Source of the DNA: Podarcis erhardii | Taxonomy: Eukaryota | Direction: 5' to 3' (one strand) | Assembly (NCBI GenBank): GCA_964252035.1 | Contig: OZ176215.1 | Length of the DNA: 64,000 bases | In this document: piece by piece, positions 1 through 10,700 of the stretch | How the letters are laid out: every line of letters starts with the position of its first letter | How positions within the stretch are numbered: position 1 is the first letter of the stretch | Notes under the pieces: generated by a model | What the model saw: the letters and a program-made list of their open reading frames with translations, nothing else | The model's database searches: none | Told to the model about the DNA's origin: nothing | Position numbers and translations under genes: made by a program

Positions 1-9
1 AGACAAAAC

Positions 10-578
10 TGTTATAGATTTTTTGGGGGCTGGGATCCCACTAAACCCTATAAATTAATAAATGTGGAATTTGGAATGTGAAGAGAGAGATAGAAGCTGC
101 CTGTGCAAAATGACCTAGTCAAGCCAGGGTCATTAAGAAACAATACAGGGCAACTGAGAGCCATGGGAAATGCAAGGAAATGCAGGGCACCCCCTTGCCC
201 TGAGGTGTGAACAGAGACGGGGAGTTTGTAAGTAACTGAGTGTGAGGTGACAGGAAAAGAGAGTTCCTTAGCAGGGTGTTCTGGGAAGAAGAAGGAAGAA
301 GAAAGACTGGGCTCCATCTTGGGCAGGCAGGCTGAAGGCTGGCTGCACTGCTGTAGGGGACAAGCCTCTCTTGAAAGGACCATGCTGTAAGATCTGGACT
401 CCCTCCATGCAGAATGAAGGTGTAAATAGGTGAATAAACCATATTTCTTAAAGCTACGACAGTGTCCGCTGTGTCTTAATTCTCCAAAGGAACACAGACC
501 CTGGGTGAATGTCTGAAACCCCCTATGGCCTCTTGCTACCGCTCAGCAGAGAGGGGGAGGCACCCAACTTTTGTAACA
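10..578 (+). mobile_element. Probable solo LTR
   Basis: Begins TGTTA and ends TAACA (5-bp inverted termini, TG...CA); internal AATAAA near 433; flanks aaac/atac (3 of 4 match). Confidence 0.5.
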
Positions 579-1427
579 ATACTGAGCTAGGTGAACAAAA
601 GGTCTGATTCAGTAAAAAGCAACCTCCTGTGCTCCTGTGTACATGCTTGGTTGCTTTAATAATTTTAAAATATGTCATAAATGATGTTCTAGTGACCCGT
701 AGTAGCTCCTGAGAGTGTCTATGTCAGAATAGGTGCTGGTGCCAGGTCTGTCTGCTGCTCTCCCCATAAAATGTTGTTATTTGGGCTGTCATTTGTGTAG
801 GGGCTGGACTGTGGGGCCATGGACTACAAATGGATGCCTGATACCTGGAAGATCATTTTTTTAAAAGCCTGCAACTCTGCCATCTTCACCGGGGTCCTCA
901 ATCTGACTGGCTGTAGGTCTCCCTCCTTCTGGGGATGAGTGTGCTTTGACTAACTTTGTACCAGGATCTGAGCAAACCTGGAGGGGCTTGCTTCTGCGAA
1001 CTTGAGCCCGTATGACATGGGTTTTGCTGCACATACTAGGCTATGCAAGCCTGCTTTAGGACCATCTTCTTTGGAGGTTGCTTCCTTGCTTGATTAAAAA
1101 CAACAACATGCCTTGAACAAGTGATTGCTAAAGCCTTTCTTCCGAAATCTGCAGAGGGCATGGAGAGATTGAGTGGGATTTATAACTCCACAGCGCCACC
1201 AAGCACCCAATCTGTGCATTTCGAGTACCGGCTGCCCAAATTGAGTGAAAAGGTACATTGGGGAACACTCTCCTGCATTCGTTACAAATGCTTTGGCTCT
1301 TGTGGAGGCTTCCTTTCACTAAAGCGACTCAGCTTTTAGGGCATTCCCCGCAGACTTTGGAAATGCTGCTGAATAATTTACTGGAGAGTCTGGAAAGTCA
1401 AAGATCAAACACCTCTTTGAAAACAGA

Positions 1428-1535
1428 TACACCTCTTTGTGTATCTGAAGAAGTGTGCATGCACACGAAAGCTCATACCTAGAACTAACTCAGTTGGTCT
1501 TTAAGGTGCTACTGGAAGGAATTTTTTTATTTTGT
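1428..1535 (+). mobile_element. Penelope-like element pLTR fragment
   Basis: Same sequence family as the inverted pair at 53505-53710; flanked by 12-bp direct repeat tttgaaaacaga (1416-1427, 1536-1547). Confidence 0.7.
1441..1478 (+). ncRNA. Minimal type I hammerhead ribozyme motif (Penelope-associated)
   Basis: gtat-CTGAAGA-a-gtgtgc-at-gcacac-GAAA-gct-C-atac: stem I gtat/atac, core CUGANGA, 6-bp stem II, GAAA, palindromic AGCU stem III, cleavage predicted after C1474. Confidence 0.7.
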
Positions 1536-2969
1536 TTTGAAAACAGAATGTCATTGAAGGAAGCATTAAGTGCACTGCTTCACTTTCCACTCTCACCTCC
1601 CAACTTCCCTTTCCTCTTAATTGGCTGCCCCCCACCACCGAAAGAACAGAATAAGTTCACCGGAAGAAGGGCCTGATTGGGCGTGAGTTAGCCTATGGAT
1701 CACCTTGTCTGTTGAAGCAGGGAGAGAAGTGCATTGTTTGAAAGTACCTGCCGCAGCAACACCTTCGCTGATGCTAAGCAGGCCTGGGTCTGATCAGTGC
1801 CTGGATGGGAGACCTGTCTGGGGGCCCTGTGTGAGGCTGCCTTGAATTCCGCTGCAGAAAGATGGGGTGCAAATAAATAAAAAGTCACCACAAGGCACTA
1901 TTTCCCTAATGTGGAACTCCCTCCTCATGGAGGTGCATCTGACACCTTCGTTATGTAGCTTCCAGTGGATTCCAGTGCTTTTGGCACTTGAGGTGCATAT
2001 TTTGAGAACCCACCTTAGTTTTGTTATTGTGAGTTGTTTTAAACTTTTTTGAAATTGTGTTTTAATGTTCTAACCAGTCCTAGGACCTTAGGGTGAAGGG
2101 TGGTTAATTGATCATAATCCTCTTGATGTACAATATATTTTATCCTGATCTTTTCCCAGTGGCAGGAACATAGGGGGGTGGGCCTTATCACTGAGTAGAC
2201 ATGTATAGGATTGCAGTATCATTCCACTGCTATACACTGTTTAGTAGCTGTAAAAATAGAGGCTCCATCCAGGGCTGTCTTAAGCATATGTGGCACCAGG
2301 CTGCAAAGATCTGCCTGGCGCCCCCCCCCCCCCCGATTGCCCAGTCTTTGGTGCGCAGGAGGGCGGAGCCAGCCGACTGCCTCAGTGTCTCACTGGCTCG
2401 GTCACCCTCGAACTCGTGGCACAGAAGGAATAACCCAAACATCATGAACCTTCTGCTTGTTTCTTTCTCAGAGAAGCTTCCAGAACCCCCTTGAATTAAT
2501 CAGAAATATCTCTACACATCACATCAATACTTTCTGCACTAAGTCTGCAAACTGGCATCTTACTTTAACAAGAGTTTGCAGACTGCAAAGTGGCCGTAGA
2601 GCTTTCAAGAAAGGCAGGAGAGAGATCAACTTGATGTGAATCAGTTGGGGGCTTTTCCAGTCCCCCTCCCGGGTTTCGGTTTTCCGGCAATTTAATTTTT
2701 TATGAAATTTATGTCAGAAGCTACAGTAGCAAATACTTTTTCCTTTGGCTAGTAATTAGTGACGCACAAACCAAAAACACCCAAACTGAAACACAGGGGA
2801 AATCTATACCCAGCCTGTCAATTTGTTATACGGCTTTTCTACTTATTCAGAGATGGTGGAATGAAATGATTTTGTCGCCTGAGAAAAATACTATCATAAA
2901 TGGGGGCTTATGTTTTCCTCTGAGCTTGCTTAAATCTGTGTTTGAACTATAATAATAACTATTGGAATA

Positions 2970-4250
2970 TATTTATTTATATCCTGCATTTTACTGATAA
3001 AATAAGAACAACTAAAACATATTGGGGGGGCAACAATCATTGAAAAACAATTAAGTATTAATAAAATTAAAACTGTATAAGATCTATTTAAAACATACAG
3101 AAATCACAACAAAAAACAGCAAGGCACCAGCCTCCTCATTAAAAGCAGAAGGAAACAAGGAGGACAACAAGGAGGGAGCCAGACTAACATCTCTAGGGAT
3201 TTGCCAAGTCTGGAAGCAGCCAGAGAGAAGACTCTCTCCCGCATCCCTACCAAATGTGCATGTGAGAAGGGACTCCCCCCAAAAATCTCCAAGTCTCAGC
3301 ATGTTTTTATGAAGGAATATGGTGATTCAGATAGCTTGGACCAAAGTCATACAGGGCTTTACAAGTCATAACCAGCATTTTGAATTGTGCCAGAAAACAG
3401 ACCAGTAGGCAGTGGAGCTGCTGTAACCAGTGCCAGTCAATAATCTGTCTACAGCTCTCTGAGCTAATTTGAAGTTTCTGAGCACTTTTTAAAGGCAGCC
3501 CCACATTACAGCAATCCAAATGGGATGGAACTAAGGTGTGTGTCACTGTGGCCAAATCAGGCATCTGGAGAAACAGGCGCAGCTGGCACACTAGCTTCAA
3601 CTGTGCAAATGCACTCCTGGCCAACACAGCGACCTGGGCATCCAGGCTCCGAACTGAGTCCGGCACACCCAAACTGCTACCCCATCTAGCACAGGCTGAA
3701 TCCCTATTCCCTGGTCTGCCTTCCAAACGACCAATAGCACCTCTGTCTTGTTTGGATTAAGTTTAAATTTGTTTACTCCCATCCAGGCCATTATTGATAG
3801 CAGACACTGGTTTAGAACTGAGACAGCTTTCTTGGATTTAGAGCACCAGGGTGTCATCAACACACTGGTGACACCGAACCCTGAAACTCCAGACCACCTC
3901 TCCCAGTGGTTTCATGTGGATGTTAAATAGCTTGGGGGACTGAACACAACCCTGAGGGACCATGCAGGCAAGCTACCAAAATGTCAAACAGGAGTCCCCC
4001 AGCACCTCCAAGAAGGAAAGGAGCCACTGTAAAACGGTGCCTCCAAGTGCCATTCCAGCAAGGTGGCCCAGAAGGACACAATGCTCAATGGAATTGAAGG
4101 CCACTGAGAGATCCAGCAGAACCAACAGGGTCATCCTCTGTCCAATTCCCAGCATAAGTCATTCACCAAGGTGACGAAAGCAGTCTCATCTCATAACAAA
4201 GCCTGAAATCAGATTGAAGTGAATCTAGATAATCTGTCCCTTGAGAAACC
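2970..4250 (-). mobile_element. Degraded L2-clade LINE, 3' part of ORF2
   Basis: Broken frames give LVLLDLSVAFNSIEH..LGGTVLQWLLSFL, FKLNPNKTEVL and AQFKMLVMTCKALYDFGPSYL; AT-rich tail near 2970. Confidence 0.75.
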
Positions 4251-5352
4251 CCTAAAGCTGAGATGCCACCGCACCTGGCCCCAAAATGGGATGTTGGAAA
4301 TTGATTATCTAATATGGTGGGATTCAAGGCAAATCACAGGGATGTAATATCATGGAGCTCAGTCTAGTTGTGAAAATGTGCATGTGTAAGGCTATCACTG
4401 TTTTCGCCCTCAGATTTCTGTTGTTGTTGCTCTGGGGCAAATTGAAATTGGTGTCTCTCCACCCCACTGAGTCCTACTGACCTGCATACTGAAAGATCTA
4501 GAGTTGCCTCATATATGATTTTTGCAATTCCATTCTTGATGTCCCTTGCTACTTCATGTCACCCCCTTTGAATTGCATCAGTGGATCCATGTGGTTAATG
4601 GAGTTCAGAACAGGCAGGCTCTTCTCAGCTTGGAATTTGGAGTTCCACCTAGCCTACAAGCTGTCACAGTACCTCCTCCTCCTCCTCCAAAAATACTGGC
4701 AGTGCTTGTCCCTAGCCTAGGGCATTCACACACAGCTGAGGCATAATCTTGGCATTTTTGCACTCCCAGCATCTCCTCAATTTACTTCGACCTGCCCTGC
4801 AGCTCTGCTTTCCAGTATGCACAGCCCATTTACCAAACTATTGCGACATTCCTGCGTGTTGCCAGTGACCAGCCATTCCTGTTCAGCTGCTCCATTCCCG
4901 AAAGTTCTCCTCTGAGTACACTGCTGCATACAAATTGCTTGGACTTGCAAGTGGGGAGAGGCCAGTTGCATTTTATTATGTATTTTAATTATGTATGGAA
5001 TATATTTATTAATAATGGATTTTATACTTCTAAACTGCATAGAAACCATTTTGGCATGCAAGAGGTACATAATAATTCAGGTGCTGCTTGTGGGCTTCTC
5101 TTTGGTGAATCTGGTTGGCCACTATAAGAGCAGGGTGCTGGACTAGCCCCCCATCCCCTTCCTGCTTTGGCCTCATTTAGCAGGGCCTTTCTTGTTCTCC
5201 TGAAGCTGTTCTGGACCTGCTGTTATAAAAGGTTAGCGGCAAGGCCTTTTCCATGGAGACATCTATGCTGTAAAATACCTCCCTTGGGACATGCAAATGG
5301 CCTTCAGACAAGCCACCAGCTCAGTTCCTGTCTTTCTGGAGGCCTAACCCCA

Positions 5353-5720
5353 TATCGCAGGTAGCGCTGTGGTTTAAACTACAGAGCCTAGGGCTTGCTG
5401 ATCAGCTGTGGTTTAAACTACAGAGCCTAGGGCTTGCTGATCAGCTGTGGTTTAAACTACAGAGCCTAGGGCTTGCTGATCATAAGGTTGGCGGTTCGAA
5501 TCCCCGCAACGGGGTGAGCTCCCGTTGCTCGGTCCCAGCTCCTGCCAACCTAGCAGTTCGAAAGCACGTCAAAGTACAAGTAGATAAATAGGTACTAATC
5601 CAGTGGGAAGGTAAACGGCGTTTCCGTACACTGGCTCCCTCGGCCAATAAAGCAAGATGAGCACCACAACCCCAGAGTCGGTCATGACTGGACCTAATGG
5701 TCAGGGGTCCCTTTACCTTT
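5353..5720 (+). mobile_element. Sauria SINE with triplicated 39-bp 5' unit
   Basis: B box GGTTCGAATCC, cctgccaacctagcagttcgaaagc core, cctttaccttt tail; three exact 39-bp copies at 5366-5482. Confidence 0.9.
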
Positions 5721-5748
5721 TTAACCCCATATCTGCATTATTTGGCTA

Positions 5749-6122
5749 GGGGATGTGGGTGGTGCTGTGGTCTAAACCACTGAGCCTCTTGGGCTTGCCG
5801 ATCAGAAGGTAAGTGATTCGAATTCCCACGACGGCGTTAGCTCCCATTGGTCTGTCCCAGCTCCTGCCAACCTAGCAGTTTGAAAGTACACCAGTGCAAG
5901 TAGATAAATAGGTACCGCTGCAATGGGAAGGTAAACAGCTTTTCCGTGCCCTCTGGTTTCTGTCACGGTGTCCCGTTGCAGCAGAAGCGGTTTAGTCCTG
6001 CTGGCCACATGACCCAGAAAGCTGTGGACAAACGCCGGCACCCTTGGCCTGAAAGTGAGATGAGCACCACATCCCAGTCACTTTTGACTGGACTTAACAG
6101 TCCAGGGGTCCTTTACCTTTAC
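5749..6122 (+). mobile_element. Sauria SINE
   Basis: Same core and tail as the adjacent copy, more diverged. Confidence 0.88.
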
Positions 6123-6427
6123 TTATTTGGCTATTTTGTACACTGATCCCACATGAAGCCTCAACGGGCTTTACTCCTGTTCTAAAAGTGCAATTTTGTG
6201 CATGGATACTTGGAAGTCCCACTGAGTTCAATGAAACTTCCTCCTATAAACTTCTAACCACCATTGCTCAGAAGTCCCATTGAATTCAATGGGGTTTATT
6301 CCCAGGTATATTGAGTTAGGGGCTGCAGCTGGTTTAGTCTGTATACTTTAAAAAATAGTTCTAAGGTATAATCGTTGTAACAATTTTTCTCTCAACTTTC
6401 TGAGATCAGTTCCAAGAGTCCTGTCAT

Positions 6428-6538
6428 CTGTTGTTGTTTGGTCGTTTAGTCGTGTCCGGCTCTTCGTGACCCCCTGGACCAGAGCACGCCAGGCACTCCG
6501 GTCTTCCACTGCCTCCCGCAGTTTGGTCCAACTCATGT
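6428..6538 (-). mobile_element. Bov-B (RTE) LINE 3' end fragment
   Basis: Encodes MSWTKLREAVEDRSAWRALVQGVTKSRTRLND followed by a (CAA)n tail. Confidence 0.85.
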
Positions 6539-6599
6539 CAGTCAAGAGTCTAACACTCAAGAGTCTACAGGACTATAAAAACTGGCTGGTGGAGGAGTG

Positions 6600-7750
6600 G
6601 AGTCGGTTGCCATGACTACAACTAGGCTTCCGAGGGCCCAAGCGCCGGCTTCCGGCTTCCTTCTGGCGCTAAATCCCCATCATTACCTGCGCTCATCAGC
6701 CGCGCTGTAGCTTTCTGATTGGTCGATCTCGGAGCTTACCAACACGTTCAGAGGAAGGGGGGGGTGAATTCCTAAGGGACCGTTCAAGCCAAATGGGTTG
6801 CCAGGAAAAAGGCAACGCCGTTTCCCCTCCCCCCCATCATGGTTTATTTTTATACAAATTTTATACAAACAGTTTAGGCATTCCGAAGTAGAAAGCGAAT
6901 TGTTTCCACCGCGTTAATAAAATGGACCACACCACATGGAACGCGCCACGCACTCTGAGAATGGAAGGCGGGAAGCGCGCGCGCGCTGTGACGGTTGAAA
7001 CGCTTTCTCTCTCCCCCCCCCCTCGCGTCATTGATCAAATGGTACACCCCAACCGCCCGGTCCTGCTCCTCCAGAGTTGCCAGTCCGCCAGCCCGTCTCC
7101 ACTTCCCACGGCTGGTGCGCTCTCAACGCAACTTGCTTCTTCTTCTTTCTCCCTCCCCGCGCGCGCTCTGCCGATATGCAAATAGCGGGGCTCCGGCAGC
7201 CAACGGGAAGAAGAGAGCCCGCCACGCCGCACGGCGATTGGCCGGCGTCGCGGGCAGCCGGCAAAGGCTAGCGGGTTAGGGTGCCCCCTTGCGGCTGAGG
7301 CCGAAGCGGCGGTGTCGGTGTGAGGCGCGGGCGGCATGAGCAGGAGGCACCGCGGCAGCGGCTGAGGCCGCGGCGGGGCGGGACCGTTGCCGAGCTGAGG
7401 AGCCAGGAAGGAGCCAGAGATGGCGGTGGTGGCGGCGGTTCCGGTGGCGGCGGCGGGTTCAAGCGGGCCGCCGCTCCTGGCCGCTTCCGTCCTCCTGCCG
7501 GCGCTGATGCTCTTGCTGCTCCCGCCGCAGCCGCCTCACGCCGTGGAAGGCGCCGGCCTGACGGAGAACGTGATCTGGGCGGTCAACGCGGGCGGGGAGG
7601 CCCATGTGGACGTCCACGGCATCCACTTCCGGAAGGACCCCCTCGAAGGACGGGTGGGACGAGGTGAGAACGTCCAGACGGGCCTGGTCAGCCTGTGGAA
7701 CTCACTGCCACAGGAGTTGAGGGGGGAGGGGGGACGCGTAGTTCAATATC
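6600..7750 (+). promoter_or_regulatory. MLEC CpG-island promoter and first exon region
   Basis: High GC/CpG; tandem CTTCCG ETS-like motifs near 6650; reverse CCAAT boxes (gattgg near 6717 and 7236); octamer ATGCAAAT near 7176. Confidence 0.75.
7420..7663 (+). CDS. MLEC: MLEC coding exon 1 (signal peptide to GRVGR)
   Basis: ATG 7420 in GC-rich island; donor GAG|GTGAGA at 7664, phase 1. Confidence 0.95.
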
Positions 7751-10700
7751 TCCCATCACCACCACCAGGAATAATACACCTACACGTGAAGGATTGTCCT
7801 TAGCAATCATAGTCTCTGCACCCACATTTTAATTTTTTTTAAAAGGACCTAAGGCTGACTATAGCAGGGAACTTCATGGATTAAGATAAATATTATCAAT
7901 TGCTGCTTGCCATGTTAACTGATGCAACTAGAGTGGCTCCTTTGGAGATAGAATGCTGAACTAAGGGGGCTTTGGTCTGGTTCATAGTCTCTGCACCCAC
8001 ATTTTAATTTTTTTTAAAGGACCTAAGGCTGACTATAGCAGGGAAAGGGATTCTCCCATAGGTTTTGCACTACTGCCCCAAAATGGGGAGTTGTAGCCCA
8101 AAACATCTGGACCAACCCACCCCTTTCCTGGAAAAAGGTTGCCTTAGGTGGCTTCTGTTAAAAGCAGCAGGGAGAGATGGGGTGGTTTGTTGGGTGTAAT
8201 AGTAAAATGCAGCTTTCATGCGCAGGGGTAGGATGCCTGATGTGGTAGCGGTGAGAACAACTATGGCGTCCTGCATACCAGCTCTTAGAGCATTTGTTGC
8301 AGACACTGGGTGCTAGGTGGTCATCAACCTTTTTTTTTACTCTGCACCCACCTTTAATCTGGACACATGTTTGGGGGCCCATTTCTTAATTTTATACAGT
8401 ATATTTCTATGGTGAAAGTGCTGCTGCTGTGACTCACCTCGGATCAGGCTGTGACCAGGTAGGGTCACAACCCACCAGTTGAAGACAGATGAGGGTAGAG
8501 GCTTATAAAGTTATGCATGGTGCAAATAGTTGATTTTCTTGTTTGGTGCTAGAATTCAGAGTTGTCAATGGAGGCTATTGGCAGATAGGTTCAGGATTAG
8601 AAGGAGCACTTCTTCATATAGCACATAATGTGGACTTTGACAATTTGGTGCCCTCCAGTTCTTTGGGGTTGATGGGCATTGTAGTCCCAATCAGCACATC
8701 CATGTATGATGCTGAGGCCAGTGGAAGTTTTAGCTTAAAACGACTAGGTTGAGGAAGGCTGCTATAATTTGCAGTTGTTAGAAGGCATGGCATAGCCAGC
8801 CACTAGGTGGTTTTGTGTAGGCAACTTCATGGAATAAGATAAATCTTATCAATTGCTGCTTGCCATGTTAACTACGTGGAACTATATGCAGAGGCAGCAC
8901 ATCTGTGAATGTGATGCAACAAGAGTGGCTCCTTTGGAGATAGAATGCTGAACTAAGGGGGCTTTGCAGGGCAATTCTTTATATTATTACTCCAGCAAGT
9001 CTGCTGCTGCTTCCTTTCCTAAGAGTCCTTTCCACTGGAATTATAAAGCCATGCTCTTGTTTAGCTCCAGATTGACTGAGCTGGATTAATGTCATTAGTA
9101 GCAGTAAGATGCCATGTGGAATGTTCATGCCTGCTAACATGAATTGGAAGCACTAACTGAGAAAGAAACTACCCTGCTCTTAACAACAAAACTCTGGCTA
9201 AAGTGGGTTATGTGACCCTATCGTTACTGTATGATGCAATAGTGGTTAATAATAGTTTGAAGCTGGTGTAGCAGCTGAGATGGTAGCCTGGAAAGTCCCC
9301 AGTTCAAATATTGCCCCAGCAGTGAACTCCCTGGGTTGCTTTAGGCAAGCTATTCTCTGATGCACAGCCAGTCTCTTACCCCACCCACTGAGGTGCAAAC
9401 TTGGGACAATGGCCTACCTTGCACGTTGTTCTGATGGTTCTGAGAGAATGTAGGCAAAATGCTTAGAACACTCCAAAACACTAGAGTCAATTGCAAAAAA
9501 ATTCATATTATTTGCCATATAAATTCTAGTTTTCTTTATGCTAGAATAAAGTATTGTCTGCTTTTATTTTTTTACTTGTTGAAAGCATTCTTACCCCCAA
9601 TCCCCCAATTTTCAGCTTTAAAAAGCCCTCAGAGCAGCTTACAAATCAGTTTTTAAAAGAGAGAATCCCTGTCCTCAGGGTTTTGTTTTTGTTTTTTGTT
9701 CTCTGAGCTCCTGCCTTGTCTCCTGGGCAAGTTGTCTTTTTGTCCCACATTCCACTTCTCCTGCACCCATATTTGCATTCACAGAACCCCACCATATTTC
9801 CTATGCTATCATGATGTCAACTCTCCTTTCTTTAGAAGTAGAAATTCAAAGCAGCACAATATTATTCCACCTTGCCACTCTCTTGAGCTATGAAATGAAG
9901 GGAGTGAACACATGCTTAGGGTAACCCATCTCCTGTGACCTTGAAAGGTTGCTCCCACTGTCCCTCCTGTTTGCTGCAATGGCCTGCTTCCCTTCGTTCT
10001 GCTCTTCCTTCACCCAGGACTGAGCCAGCTTCTGTCTCTTTTGCTCCACACAACCCCTCCATTTGTGTCCTCTTTTCACCCAGATCCCTTTCTAAATGCA
10101 CACTGCATTGGCCTCTCTTGCGGCTGGACTTTGTCCCTTCAGGGGCTGCCCCCCTTTCCCTTATAATCCACATAGCTAGCTTATGAACAGGGAACAGCAA
10201 ACATGGGGAACTGGACACTTAATGAGCATGTGGTCTGTTCCCATTTTGGTTGGTGCACGACACAGGGTGGGGTGGGTTTCTGTAGAGATGGGTGGGGTGA
10301 CTGCTGACTCTTGCTAAAATGAGTTCCACAAAGGTTCCAGGTGCTTTTCTTGGGAACCGTTTGTGGTTACTGTAAGCCGGAAGCTGCTTATTATCAGACT
10401 CATAGCTGCTTGTGTTACAAGACGGCCCCAACCATTTTTTTCCTTTATTTACATATTCACTATTAACCTTCTCCTTCCTTCTGTGCTGTGTTGATCCTTT
10501 CAGGAGTTGGAGGACAGCATATGTTAAGTCATTGCTCAGCTTCTTAAAGAGAGCCCCTTGTGTTCGCTGTCATTTACCCAGAAGTTCACTATCCCTCCAG
10601 GCTAATTTCACCAAGGTGGATGTGTGTGTTGCTTTCTCTCTCGCTTGGCTGCAGTTTTTCTTCTTACATCTAATCCAAACTCTTGGCTTACTCTGGCTGC

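Noticed and set aside
1-6600. Possible CABP1 exons, expected upstream by human synteny
   Set aside because: No EF-hand-like exons seen; the region is mostly repeats.
7200-7245. Possible ER-stress element (CCACG and ATTGG) in the MLEC promoter
   Set aside because: Orientation and spacing fit neither ERSE (CCAAT-N9-CCACG) nor ERSE-II (ATTGG-N-CCACG).
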